A DNA stretch of 58,323 nt, counting the filler, from Sphacelaria rigidula (lineage: Eukaryota), in NCBI GenBank assembly GCA_964200075.2. It is 10 parts of 10 records of this genome, joined end to end, with 100 filler letters (N's around TTAATTAATTAA, not from the genome) between each part and the next. Parts side by side here need not be neighbours in the genome. Positions count along the whole stretch, not along the records: positions 1 to 5,743 come from CAXNAA020024808.1; positions 5,844 to 11,586 come from CAXNAA020024809.1; positions 11,687 to 17,429 come from CAXNAA020024810.1; 7 more parts are not named here. One strand, 5' to 3'. The translations under genes and the position numbers were made by a program. Shown piece by piece: positions 1 to 12,280 of this stretch (its first letter is position 1; every line of letters starts with the position of its first letter). The notes beneath the pieces were generated by a model. That model made no database searches. It worked only from the letters and a program-made list of their open reading frames with translations, and was not told the origin of the DNA.

Positions 1-59
1 TCCTCCGGGTTCTCATCCTCAATCAATAGCACCATCCTCAACATAGATGATTGGCTGTT
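1..59 (-). repeat. Terminal segment of the AACAGCC-TIR foldback/MITE family
   Basis: Reverse complement matches 40744-40797 with one mismatch. Related segments at ~49120-49195, 54531 and 55442. Confidence 0.8.
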
Positions 60-71
60 CTTACCAAATTG

Positions 72-222
72 TTTTCGGCTCGAAAACGTACGGTGGAATC
101 GAATTTGAAGGTTTCTGATACAACCAAAGCATCCACGTTTTCAGCCATCTGAAAAAATTAGTAGCGTGGACGAATGAGAAACGAGCGAATTCGGTTCGAC
201 CGCACGTTTTCGACGCGAAAAA
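72..222. mobile_element. ~150-bp MITE-like repeat with ~30-bp imperfect inverted ends (TCGAAAACGTACGGTGGAATCGAATT / AATTCGGTTCGACCGCACGTTTTCGA)
   Basis: Homologous copies at ~4780-4920 and ~20652-20800; more diverged relatives at ~1242-1315 and ~18265-18408. Confidence 0.7.
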
Positions 223-224
223 AA

Positions 225-700
225 TGAGCTTACTTACTGCTAGTCAAACATGTGCGTGTGAGCTACGTCCGATAGCTCAACACAAAGCAAACATGCGCTG
301 ATGAGCTAGGAGTTGGTAGCTCACCTATCGCAAACATGCGTAGCTCATGCAGCTCTCATAGCTCATCCAGGACGAATCTGAGCTGACGAGCGACGGGCTG
401 GTAGCTCACCTATCGCAAACGTGCGTAGCTCATACAGCTACCATAGCTCACTCAGGGCGAATATGAGCTGATGAGCTACGGGTTGGTAGCTCACCCAGGG
501 CAAACATGTGCAGCTCATGTAGCTCTCACAGCTCACCCAGGGAAAACATATGCGGATGAGCTACGCTCGATAGCTCACCCGAGGCAAACATGTGTAGCTC
601 ACGCAGCTCTTGTAGTAGGTCACCCGGGGTAAACATGAGCAGATGAGCTACGCCCGGTAGCTCACCCCAGGGACACATGGTCGTGGCTCACTCACGTCAT
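225..700. repeat. Tandem minisatellite, ~85-bp period made of two ~42-bp subunits, ~5.5 copies
   Basis: G(G/A)TAGCTCACC recurs at 315, 400, 485, 569 and 656. Units contain a GAGCTAC...GTAGCTC inverted pair and CAAACATG. Confidence 0.9.
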
Positions 701-2658
701 CGAGTAAACGTCCCGATTTCGGTACAGTACCAATGAAGGTACTCTTTTTTTTTAATCGTCCATAAGGCCGTTTCTCCCGGTTGGTTATTTCCCCCCGTAT
801 TTCGCAACATATTATGAGGAAAAAATACCGCTAGGAGAATACTATGAGATATGTCGACCCTGCCTTACGGTTGCAGATATAACAGCCGATTGTATATTTT
901 GGGGTCCATACACGTGTTTATTTTTTGTTGGCGAAAACTTGCGCATCTTCTCTCATGGTAGTCATCAGGGACGGAACTGCGTGCGGTACGTACGGTGGGC
1001 AACCGAGGTGCGTGCACGCTCATGGACAATGCAGGCAGTACTAAGCTGCACGTTGCTGAAGTTATTTTCAAGTCGCATTGTGAGCAGAGAGAAATGATAG
1101 TCTTGGGCTGTCTGCATTGCACATTGTCCACTTCCCCTTCATCTTCTCCTGCACGAAGCACGTACACACGCACTCAAGACGCCCTACTTGCAAGCAGTGT
1201 AAACAGTGCAGACCATGTACCGTTTCACGAATTTCACCGTCTTTTTTCGATCGAAAGCTTGAAAATCCATCCGGACCCAAGTGAATCAACCGCTCGTTTT
1301 TTCGATCGAAACAAAAAAGTGCGAAGACACGCCTTGAGACACGTCCTAAGACACGGCTAAGTTTCAGCAATAATATGTAGCAGATTCTAGCTCTCCTACA
1401 GGAACTTTAAACGTCTATACTACTTCACAGGCTACGCCGACTTATTGATCCCGTGGGCGGTACATGTGTGTGTGTGTGCATTAGTGTGTGTGTAGCGATA
1501 GGCTCACCGGTTATCCGACGTGGATCCCGCGTAGAATAGTTGATCGTAACGTGTGCCTGTGGCTGAGGATGGAAGCCACAAAGAATGGGTGGGATGGGGG
1601 ACCCCGTTGGCGTAGTTTCACGTTGTGAGAGGGCGTGACCTGCTTGCAGATGGAGTCTCCAAATAAATACGTAGTAAGAGCGTACAGGTCGTGAACGCGT
1701 CCAGAACCAAATCCACGATAAACGCAATGTCAAATCAAAGAACTGCACACACGAAACAACGGTCAGCCGCACTCAACAGCAGTCCACGGCAGGGCAGCGA
1801 AAAAAGGATCTTGTCGTAGGGTAGGAGACGGCGCGCCCTACTTGCAGGTGGGGTACGCAAATAAGAGTGCGCAGTTCGCGAACGCCTCCAGACCCAAATC
1901 CACAAATAACTCAATTTCGATTTCAAATTGAAATTCTGCATCACACTGACGAATGTTGTCTAGTCTATTTTAGCATCTGAAATTCAGTTTCTTCCAGATT
2001 TAGCTCTGAAGGCGTTGACGACCTGCACTCTCGTACTTGCATACCCGACTTGCAAAAAGGTCGCGCCGGATGAGACCACACATACATGTTGGCAGCGATG
2101 AGCTCTCTGCTCGATATTGAAGCGCCAACAACAGTCATCTTGTATTCTTGGCCAGCCAAGCACCGCGCATGCTCGATTTTGTGGATGCTCTGACGACACG
2201 GAGTGCAAACAGCATGCATCAGCTGCTTGCTCTCGAGAATACCGCCAGATCATCCTGTTGCACTGCTTGTACAAATCACCACGCCGTCTGTACATTGTGT
2301 CTGTGTACTCTGCATGTTATCCAGGTGGCAGCACGAGTAGCGAGAGTGTTCGAGTGTTCGAGTGTTCTTGTATCGTACTACTTGTCAATTATACAGAATA
2401 TTCTTCAAGTAGAAGCTCGTGTCCGTTATAGAATCCTTACACGTAGAGAGTATGTCACCTCGTGAATCGGCATCAATATTCACTTGAAAAAAGTGTGCAT
2501 GATCCATATTCACGACCACCCTCCTCACTCCCCAACGGTTAGCACTGGACCGCTACGCGGGTATTCCATCTGGATCACTCATACTTTCCCAAGTGAAATT
2601 GATGCCGATTCAGCAGGTGACGTACCCTCGCGGTCGAAGGGTTAGGCGGTGTCTGAAG

Positions 2659-4034
2659 CAGGGTTGCATATCGGACCGAGAATGAAGTTCTATGGATATT
2701 TTTAGAATATCGAACCACAATGGCCGATGCCGATCTTTTTGTTGCTATTCTGAGAATGACACAATACGTATCGAGTATCGATATTCAATACTATATATAC
2801 GGCTGTTTTGGTATAGCCGCAGCGTACAAGAACGAGCAGTAGTACACCGGCACACTGACACCCTCACTCACTATTGCAGGTCGCATACGATACCACATCC
2901 CCTAGACAGATTTTCAAAGCTTACATACTCCTCGCCAGAGGCGATGCCAGGGCTGAACTGCGCGGCGTTACAGTCATCCCCTGGAGAGAAAGTAATCGAG
3001 CTTTGAAAACCGCTCCTCCTGAGGGTGTGGTATTGAGCAACCTATGGTAGTTTTCAGGGGACAGCAGTGTACACATGATGTACACCAGCGGATAGTGTGC
3101 AAATTGATATCACAGCAGCGGCGGCATGCGGTGATACAGCTGTCTCCGGAACATATTTCGTCAACGCGCAAGAGGTAGTGGATCACAGCGGGCCGGGTGT
3201 GGTATTGATTACTATACTGTTTTCATTTCTACGGCCACCATTCTGCGTATTTCGATCGAATGAGCGCATACCTCGACTTTGCACATTCATTAGAAATGGA
3301 AACGCGTCAAACCTTGAACATGCACAAACTCAAATGTGCGCTCTTTTTTTCACCGCTTTTCACCACCAATAACAGGAAACGTCGGCAGCATGCGTCAAGT
3401 CGAATTATATATATATATATGTCACCAACCAAGAATAAAAAGCCCCCAAGTTTGCAACAATAAGAATGTCCAGACTGATGGATGGAGAGGAAAATTGATC
3501 CAACACTTGTCAAACATGAAGGAAAGGCGAAGCGACAGTACCACCTCCTCATACTTCGAAGGACAGCTGTTTTCTTGTTATCTTCCGCTTTGCATTGGTC
3601 GTGATATTACTTCTACTCCACCACCACGCCACCCGTATGTTACACCGTTTGGTAAACACCCCCGCTGAATCTCATCACCAAACCCACGACGCACCAGCGG
3701 TTACTCTGTCGCCCCCTATCCCACGAATAGATATTGCGTCCATTTGCATACCGTGCAACCGCTCTACAGCTATACTCGCAAGTGCAACATGTAGACACTG
3801 CGGGAACACCTAACATACAGAAGCAAGTTGGTTACTACTGTGGCGACGGTTTCGAGAAATTGAGCCAATGTGACGAAAAATAAACAAAAATATCGAGCAT
3901 ATCGATGTTCGATACTGATATTCGATATTGATACATATCGCAGATATCGATTTTCTACGCTGCGATACCGATATGGCAAATCGCCGATATTTATCAAAAT
4001 CATCTCGATAATCGATATCCGATGTGCAACCCTG
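2659..4034. mobile_element. Non-autonomous hAT-like DNA transposon (~1.38 kb)
   Basis: TIRs CAGGGTTGCATATCGGA / TCCGATGTGCAACCCTG. Flanking 8-mers GTCTGAAG / CTTTGAAG match at 6/8, like a TSD. Dense subterminal ATATCG/ATCGAT motifs at both ends. No transposase ORF. Confidence 0.7.
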
Positions 4035-4129
4035 CTTTGAAGTCGCATCACTTTTTTTAAAATCACTTTTAGAGAAGTGACTGCCCTCACAACGACCAGT
4101 GCTGCGTCTTGGGCCGTGTCTCATTAATA

Positions 4130-4755
4130 GAGGTATCTCAAACTCGGCTCCCGGTATCCTGGTTCATTCACTGGCTCTGAGTTGTATACTATTTTTTAAG
4201 TGAAAGTGGTCACGATTCATAGGAGGACCTGACCTGGTGGTCAAAGGGTCTCATCATCTGATGAATCGGCATCACTTTCACTTAAAAATAAAGAACAAAA
4301 CAAAGCAGGATACCTGGAGCCGAGTTCGAGAGGAATCTCTTAGAGGTATCTCAAACTCAGCTCCCGGTATCCTGGTTTATTCGTTGGCTCTGAGTTGTGT
4401 ACTATTTTTTCACGTGAAAACGATCGCGATTCATTGATTGACTGATTCATTGGTTGACTGATCGGTTATCTCACATTAGCTGATTGCAACAATCCAGCCC
4501 GTGGTCAGGAGCAGCAAAAATAGAAAAGAATAACAATTCATGCGAAGACCTGACCTGGCGGTCAACGGGTCTCATCATCCGATGGATTGGCATCATTTTC
4601 ACTTGAAAAAAAAAGAGGTTACTTCTTAACCCTTAGACCGCGAGGGTAGGCCACCTGCTAAATCGGCATCAATTATCACTTGGAGAAAGTATGAGTGACC
4701 CAGATGGACTAACCGCACCGCGATCTAAGGGTTTAACCCGAGTTTGAGATACCTC
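4130..4755. mobile_element. Two adjacent copies of a ~210-bp MITE with GAGGTATCTCAAACTCGGCTCCCGGTAT TIR (TA-flanked); the second carries a nested insertion
   Basis: Copies at 4130-4340 and 4343-4755 (ending CCGAGTTTGAGATACCTC-TA). A third copy at 30491-30701 has its internal part in the opposite orientation. Confidence 0.75.
4630..4731. mobile_element. ~100-bp piggyBac-like MITE (TTAA-CCCTTAGACCGCG ... CGCGGTCCAAGGG-TTAA)
   Basis: Copies at ~2542-2641, 4630-4731, 28620-28723 and 30741-30838. CCCT/AGGG termini abut TTAA or one-mismatch variants. Confidence 0.7.
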
Positions 4756-4939
4756 TATTATATATTTAAATAGTTCTCAACTCGAAATCGTACGGTGGAA
4801 TCGAATTTGCGCTCTGACACATCCACGGTATCCATGCTCTCAACCATCTGAGAATATCAAGAGCGTGGGCGAATGGGGAACGAGGGAGTTCAATTCGACC
4901 GCACGTTTTCGACACAAAAACAATTTTGTATGGCCGTTA

Positions 4940-5417
4940 GGACGGATGTTATGGCAAACAGATTTTTGGCCCACGAATTGTTCACTTTGAGCCACTTTTT
5001 CACCCCCAAACAGGGAAAATAGCCAACACACGTCGTGGACACTTTGCATCACCCCACAGAGAGAAGCCTGTGGTCTGCTTTTCAGATTCGTTTGGCTCCG
5101 AGGTTTCAAGATTGGACGCTGAACAAAACTTCGTCTGCAAAAATCTGTGCTTGCCGACCCCCGCCAGTTTGCCCAATAGCCTGTGGAGATCGCCGTGGAA
5201 TTTATTGCACACGGATTGTTGTTCGGCGGCCGCTCTCGAAACCTTGGAGCTAAGCGAATCTGGAAACTGGGCTTCCTCTCTGTGGGATGATACAAAGTGT
5301 TCAAGAAGTGTGTTGGCGATTTTTCATGTTTGGGGGTCAAAAAGTACCACGTGGCTCAAACGTCCCAAAAATGAACAATTCGTGGCCCAAAATCATGTGG
5401 GCCAATAACACCCGGCC
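4940..5417. mobile_element. Palindromic PIF/Harbinger-type (Tourist-like) MITE with GGCCGGATGTTATGGCA TIR
   Basis: Arms of ~170 bp are mutually inverted. A second copy at ~53273-53743 ends TGCCATAACATCCGGCC-TTA. The left end here is preceded by TTA. Confidence 0.75.
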
Positions 5418-5743
5418 AAATAAGTCCAATACCTCTGTTCTGCTGCGGACAAAACGCAAAGAGGTAGCACAGGGTCGACACACCGAGCCACGGAAACCGA
5501 CGGATAGACATCCACCACTCACGCGCATTAGCTCAAGCGCTTGCTCTCCATCATCTACACACGAAAGCCTTTATTTGACGGAAACCCGTCCAGTATTGGA
5601 TGAAAAGCGGCCGCGTGCGTGTCAAATAATAACCACACACGTGGACACATTGCACCCTGTGGAGGGGGTCTACAGGGTTTACGTACCCTGCGCAGTGTTT
5701 CTGGCTGTGATTTTACGCTACAGTGTTTTCCAGCGTAGAACAG

Positions 5744-5843
5744 NNNNNNNNNNNNNNNNNNNNNNNNNNNNNNNNNNNNNNNNNNNNTTAATTAATTAAN
5801 NNNNNNNNNNNNNNNNNNNNNNNNNNNNNNNNNNNNNNNNNNN
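5744..5843. other. Artificial contig spacer (N44-TTAATTAATTAA-N44), first of nine
   Basis: Identical 100-bp spacers at 5744, 11587, 17430, 23272, 29114, 34956, 40798, 46640 and 52482. All intervening segments are 5742-5743 bp, consistent with length-sorted contigs concatenated with an all-frame stop linker. Confidence 0.98.
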
Positions 5844-6800
5844 TCGTCCCCTCCCCCCCCCGCTTTTGTGGGAGGGGGGGGTCAAGGCCCCATGAAAATG
5901 GCGCGCATCCCCAAAGATACCCCCCCCCCCCCCCCCCCCCCATCCCCTCCCCATGGTCAAACGACTAAGGCAAGCAACACATGAGAACGCCCCCCATCCC
6001 CTCCCCCATCCCAAGCCCGTGCATTTTGGCCAAGAAATAAATTTTCCGTGTTGGACATGAGCCAGCTCTTGCAGCATATACCCTAACTCGGAGTCCGGTG
6101 TTAGACTCGTATCACTTCACTCAGCTTCAGGGAAGAACTCTCCAAGCATCTGGGAGATGATTGCTTAACGTTTATAGCCGCCGCGGCCCGGTGGTCTGAA
6201 TTAAACTCCTGTACCGATAGCCAGTCATGGTGGAGAGTTGCGGGTTCGAAATCCCGACAGATATCGCCTTCTCGAGCAGAACCTGGTTCCCGTAGTTGAA
6301 AATAAGAGGATACGAGTAGCGCGAAAATTTTGAAGCGAGTCAACGCGGCGCGAGAGTAGTCATCATCCAATCCTTGATGACAGAAGGTCATTCAGGTATC
6401 GCCGAAGAAATGGGCCAGTCCCTCGTCACTACGGACCGGTGCCGAGGAAAGAGAAGTTGTTGAAATTACGACGATAACGAGGAAAACGAATTAGAGTACC
6501 CCGCTCCGTTTGTTCCCCCGCGTTTGCGACAGAATACAAGTTGGGCATGTATGAGACTATCGCGATATTATGGGCGGCAGTTCTGTCCATTCTTTTTCCA
6601 CGTATACACGGCTTCGTCGATGTGTATTTTTGCATCAAGAACAGAAAGAACGACATTCGAGTATTTTTCGCCATTCATGTATCGACTTCGTCGGCTTTTG
6701 CGATATATATTTTTGTATCTGCCGTTGTCCGTGCGCCGCACTTGTTTTGCTGTCTCGGCCCATGCTCGCACCGACTCATCCGTCTTCTTGTGGAAAACAG

Positions 6801-6960
6801 AATGCGGGGCGACCCGCGACCGTTCGGCGGAATCCAGCTCGTCTTATGTGGGGATTTTTTCCAGCTCCCGCCCATAGGCATCGGGAGGGGAACCACGCGC
6901 TTCTGCTTCGAGGCTCGGACGTGGGACACCTCTGTCGACGAGTCTATCGTCCTTAAGCAG
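6801..6960 (+). CDS. PIF1: Internal exon of ATP-dependent DNA helicase PIF1 (SF1B)
   Basis: Encodes MRGDPRPFGGIQLVLCGDFFQLPP...FCFEARTW...IVLKQ (PIF1 motif III region). Bounded by AACAG| acceptor and |GTGCGG donor. Confidence 0.88.
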
Positions 6961-7046
6961 GTGCGGCGACGATGTTCAATCGCTACAGTACCACATCAGT
7001 ACACGATAACAATATGTCGCCTGCGGCGTTGAAGAAATGGCACTGG

Positions 7047-7457
7047 ATAGTTGCAGGTACAGTATACTTGGACATTTTCCGGCTAAGAACAGGTACAGGC
7101 GGTACCACCGATATGACAAAGGCTGAGAATTTCAGCCACGAGATTCGCCGGAACCGCCGCGGTACGTCATGTTGGCGAGAAGCGCTACAAGTATCCCTAG
7201 GACTTATTTTTTTAAATGGCGTGTGTTGGATTTTGACAAGTACCTGAATCTGGCGGGAAATCGTGCCTGTTTGTGGCGGACTGAAAGGAGTTTTCGCTTT
7301 TCCAACAGTGGCGAGATAACCATCGTTGCACACTTTCGAGCTGTTCCCACGAGGTGCACTCATCCGATCACGTGGCTGGGAATCTCGACGTTTTTCATCA
7401 GCGGAACCGCCTGTACCTGTCCGTGGCCGGAAAACGTTGAGATTTACCTGCAACTAT
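7047..7457. mobile_element. MITE inside the PIF1 intron with ~100-bp imperfect inverted arms
   Basis: ATAGTTGCAGGTA...ACAGGTACAGGCGGT on the left versus ACCGCCTGTACCTGT...TACCTGCAACTAT on the right. Confidence 0.7.
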
Positions 7458-7600
7458 TGCATCTCCTTGGAAAAATATACCAGCCTCGGCGTTATTGCTC
7501 AGCCTTTTTGCTCCGATGGACGAGGTCCCGCACTGCTGCCGTAAAGTCTCGTTTCCCCGAAAGATCTCAACAAGGGCGATTGTTCAGTGACTGCCGCCGC

Positions 7601-7672
7601 GCTCTGGTGGTGTAATGGTCCGGTTGTCGCCATTACGGTGGAGAGAACGGGGGTTCGATTCCCGATGCGTCG
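7601..7672 (+). mobile_element. tRNA-derived sequence (SINE head or tRNA pseudogene) in the PIF1 intron
   Basis: A-box TGGTGTAATGG (7608-7618) and B-box GGTTCGATTCC (7652-7662) at tRNA spacing, followed by a T-run. No pairing acceptor stem. Confidence 0.55.
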
Positions 7673-8177
7673 TTTTTGTTTCTTCGTAGTATTTGATTTC
7701 GACAGTGAAAAGCGTAAGACGCGAGTAACAATTTCGACGCGGTGCGGGGGGCAATCTTGAACATGAGCACCAGGCGGGCAGCACTAATTTCGAATTCAAA
7801 GGAGCGCCTTCTTTGAGTGCACGGAGAACTTTTTATCACCTGCACTACACAATGATGCCCTTTTGCACCCCACAATCCCTTCCGAGGGTCGGACGCGTAA
7901 CGATTTGTCTAAAAACAATTTGTTTATAGTATAGTAAATTCGTTCCGTATTGATCAGTCGTTGTTTTTTTTTCAGCGCTGTGCTGCACCCCAGGATCGCG
8001 CACCCTAGGCACGTGGGAAAGCGCAAAAACTGCGTCGATACGTTTTTCACCCGTGGTCATTTCATCTCTATTGCGAGCCATTAGTTCTCAGAAATCGCAG
8101 ATTTGGTTATTCGAATAAGCGATGATCCGCCCGACACTCGCCACCCTTCCCCTACTCGTCCATTATCTTGCACTCAG

Positions 8178-8273
8178 GTGTTTCGTCAGAGAGATCCTCG
8201 ATTTCTGAAGATCTTGCACGAGATGAGGGAGGGGCGAGTCAGCGAAGAAGCCAAGAGAGTACTCCAACAAAAG
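8178..8273 (+). CDS. PIF1: Next exon of PIF1 helicase
   Basis: Encodes VFRQRDPRFLKILHEMREGRVSEEAKRVLQQK. Phase-0 join to the previous exon gives LKQ|VFRQ (motif IV and PIF1 signature). CTCAG| acceptor and |GTGCCG donor. Confidence 0.88.
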
Positions 8274-9989
8274 GTGCCGTCGCTACTAGCGTACGTCAGG
8301 CCAGATCAAGTGGACGTATCCTACCTAGAATACATATAGTGAAACAAAGTGCTCTGTCCAGTGCATATCAATCGTACTGTATGCGCTGCTGTTAGATTTT
8401 GGCGAAAATATAATTATGCCGTTGTTTTACATGCGCATCACAATGTGTACTACTCAACAGGTCATCATCCATAACACATCAACTTTACCTATTTCGATGC
8501 GCCCTGAAGAGTACGCTGTGCCATCTTGAGTGCAGCACCCTTATTTTTTTCACCACTAATAGTCATGTACCAATTCTACACAGCCTGAATAATGGCAATA
8601 AATTGCATTCTCAAGAAATGTGTACAGCGTGCAGGATCGAATATTGGGTCTACTGCAGTAAATGATATATTCGATACTATACGCAGTACACGTTTTGGCA
8701 ATGTAATCTATTGCCTTGACCCAACTTGAGGCCTCTACCGAGGACCCTCTAGTACGAGATACATGTGGCGTTCGAGGCAAAGTATGGGTTGGCATCGCCT
8801 GTAGGTGCCGGTGTCACGAACAACAGTAAAAAAGGCGTGCTCTGCACGATGGAAACACTCGGGACTGTCAGCCCTCTGTAAATCTTCATCTGATGCTGCT
8901 GTTTTAAATCAAGTGTTTTCCACACCCTGAACAGTAGATGACATTGTCAACGAGTGTATTGCGTACAGTATCGACTATTGCGTCTATTGCAATAGGCAAT
9001 AGATTGAATACTGTACGCAATATACTTTTTGACAGTATAATTGATATATTGTCATTTTCCAGGGTGTGGTATTTTCAACCCACACGACGACAGATACACG
9101 TGAACTCAACTGTTCCTTTAGTTGCTGGGGGGAGACTGTATAAAATCATAAATAAGTAAAATGCAATCATGACAATAATTTCCAACATCGGTGGATACAT
9201 CTCAAGCAACACATCGTCGCCGAGAAACAACGTCGGATGGAATTATCGAACTCTATACTGCTGTCTCCAGGAGTGCTGCGCCGAGCAAGTGACCTTCAGT
9301 GTATGTACCATTAGAATCGAGACAAAACGAGACGAAACAAACCCAAGACCCACAAGAAGTAATGTGTCTCCGAACATCGTGAACACCTTGAACGACCACG
9401 TGATTTTTCTTCCCTTCTCCTCGTTTCATGCGGCCATCGTGCCGTACATCATTAAAGAAACCCCGCAGCTCGGCAATAAAGACGACAAGAAACGAATCAA
9501 AGAAGGTTTGACTATCTCTGTAGGGCAAAACACATACACACGCGCTTTGTACAAGTCACCTGCAGGCTCGAGGAGAAAATTCCCACAAAACCTCTGTGGA
9601 TGATGGCCGAACACGTGTTTCACAATTTGTATCATGCGCAGGCGGGTCCAACATGGGATTAGAAGGTGGTGAGTTCTAGAGTAACTCAGTTTCGATCACC
9701 GCAAACACAATGCATTCGCCATATCAGTCATCAACGGGGAGATAGCACAGTGACATGGCATAAGTGCACACAACCAATGGGAGCTGCTGTAGTCATGCGA
9801 GCCGCGAGCCGCAAACGTTATTGTGAACCTAACATACCCTCAGAAGCGTACGACTGCACGACGGAGTTACCTCCGTCAGTACGAGATGGAGGTGGAGGCC
9901 CGCACCACTGGCCGGTGGTGAAAGTTTTCTCTACAAGTCTCCCGCTGAACAAACGCGCAAAGAGGGCCTTAGGGGAGGGGTGTGTATTC

Positions 9990-11275
9990 ATGATCTTGCA
10001 TGCCATGGTCATAACACCATTGACCTCGCATCCCTACGAAGCCGGAACGGAGCACGCCGAGTTTTCGCTGGACCAGGCTCGCAATCAATCACCAAGCGCG
10101 AAGCGCCGTGGTGTGTTCGACGAGACGCGAAAAGGGTGAGCTGCATCCTGCTAAGATTGTTCAGCCTTAAGTTCCCTGATCATCTTGGATTCGGATGACA
10201 GCCTACAATGAGTTGCTTCATTTCCTGGTGCCTCATTTTCTGCAGCCACGGCTCATACACTGCCACATGCGTATCTCACCATTTAAACACTACGTAGTAT
10301 GATCATCTCCTTTGCGCGGAGTTGAGGTTTCCCACACCGCACAACATGATCTAGCTCGACCATCAGCTCGACCATCACCATGCCTACGGCGAAAAAAATG
10401 CAAGCGCGCGAAACCAACGGTGACCTGGTTGCCTAGCTTACGCAGTGAGTGGCGTGTTTTACAGCGTCATCGCCACCCGACGCCAACCCTATGGGGGGTC
10501 CGCTCCTACAAAGCTGGGACGGAGCACGTAGAAGGGGGATACTCATGATCATGCATGCCATAGTCGTCAGACCATTGACCGTGCATCACTACAAAGCCGG
10601 GACGGAGCACGCCGGGCACATAGGAGGGGGGATGGTATTCATTTGCTGCTTGACTTAGCGTTTGACCATTTGACCATGCATGTCTTCCGAGACGAAGCAC
10701 CGTTTCTACTCCTAATAGAGACACCTCCAACATTTGAGCGCTCATTATGTTTCTTCCATATATATTAAGAGGGGGGTGGAGGCTCATCAATCTGCATGCC
10801 ACACAAGACTGTTGACCTGGCGTCCCCTCAAAGTCAGGACAGAGCACACCGGTATTTCACTAGACCAGGCTCGCGATCACCAAGCGCGAAGCGCCGTTAT
10901 GTTTTCGGCGGTCACATGAAGGGTGAACTGCATCCTGCTGAGATTGTTCGGCCTGAAATCGTACGAATTATCTTGCATATGGATGTCAACCTCAAATGAG
11001 TTGCTTCGTTCTCTGGTATCGCCACTTCCACAGACAGCCACGGGTTACACACTGCCTCATGCGTGTCTCACCGTTTCAACATCCTGTTTCACGATCACCC
11101 CCTTCGCGCGGGGTTGAGGTCCTGCACCCCGCACGATATGATCTAACTAGACCACATCATGGTTACTGCAAAAAGAACGCAGCTGAAGACCCACCCCCTC
11201 CCCCCGGTATTCTGGCTACCTAGCTTACGCAATGAGTGGAGTGTTTTGCAGCGTCGTCGCCAACCGATGCCAACC
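9990..11275 (+). repeat. Locally duplicated ~500-bp dispersed repeat (copies ~9990-10490 and ~10790-11275; partial ~10545-10615)
   Basis: Shared GACCAGGCTCGC..TCACCAAGCGCGAAGCGCCGT and CCTAGCTTACGCA.TGAGTGG blocks. A further copy at 26278-26624 plus 28058-28215. Confidence 0.8.
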
Positions 11276-12237
11276 CTTGCGAGGAATTCGGGATGGACCC
11301 ACATTTGTTGCTTGCCTTGGTCACCATTAACCTCGGATCCCTTCCGAGGCGGTGCACCATTCCTACTCCTACTGGAGACACCCCCAACATTTGGGCGCTT
11401 ACGTCGTTTCTCCCATGCATCACACAAAAGCCTTTTACATATCTTATCTCCTTCTTGTTTCGCCGTCTGTGGTCACCATCTGTATCCAAATATGGAGTAA
11501 AGGGGGGGGGGGGGGGGGGGGTGGGGGGGGGGGACGAAGGGGGGGGATTTTCACAAACGTCTGTCCGGGGGACGGTGGCCCCCTTCNNNNNNNNNNNNNN
11601 NNNNNNNNNNNNNNNNNNNNNNNNNNNNNNTTAATTAATTAANNNNNNNNNNNNNNNNNNNNNNNNNNNNNNNNNNNNNNNNNNNNATTTCGAGATTTCA
11701 ATGCCTACCGTACTCGCCCAATCCGGTATTTTCAAATGTCATACCTACGATACCTACGATACCAGGGTATTTCGATATTGCAACTCCTACCGTACCCGCC
11801 CAATCCGGTATTTTCAAAACTCATACCAATCCCGACGCAACCCTTTTTTTCAGTCATGGCATTCTTTTTTGGATCATCCCGGGGAGCAGAAATACAAATC
11901 CGGGACCCCCACTCCATTTTCATCAAATTGGGCCCCCCGAGGGGCGGGGGGGATTTCTCGTGGTTGACAAAATCGTATATGAAGTAGTACACCACGCTAA
12001 CTCCCATACAAAACAAGTCACTTCATCTTAGACTGGGGACGAAAGTACTCGTACCTGAACTGGGTTCAGTGAGACCAAGCAAGTTCATCGTTGGGAGCGC
12101 GCGGGGGGGGGGGGGGGGGGGGGCCACAAACAAAAAAAAAAAAAAAAGGGGGGGGGGTAGAAAGAAACAAAAAAAAAAAAAACCCNNNNNNNNNNCCCTC
12201 CCCACCCCAGGCGCCCCGCCGCGCGAGCGAGGGGGGG

Positions 12238-12280
<43 letters not shown>

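Noticed and set aside
5744..5843. Regularly spaced TTAATTAATTAA motif every ~5.84 kb
   Set aside because: Artificial linker between concatenated contigs, not biological periodicity.
7601..7672. Functional tRNA gene (also 22620-22695)
   Set aside because: A and B boxes are present, but acceptor/anticodon or T arms do not form a canonical cloverleaf; the 22695 copy continues into a multi-copy SINE body.
6801..8273. Helitron helicase interpretation of the PIF1 exons
   Set aside because: Motifs (GGIQLVLCGDFFQLPP, FCFEA, QVFRQ.D) resemble cellular PIF1, and no Rep domain is visible; a Helitron origin cannot be fully excluded from two exons.
12100..12280. Long poly-G/poly-C/poly-A runs and Gly/Pro-rich ORFs (also ~5845-5950, 11500-11545, 18608-18760, 21690-21740)
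   Set aside because: Mostly next to Ns or contig ends and typical of low-quality read tails; not credible as G-quadruplex loci or proteins.
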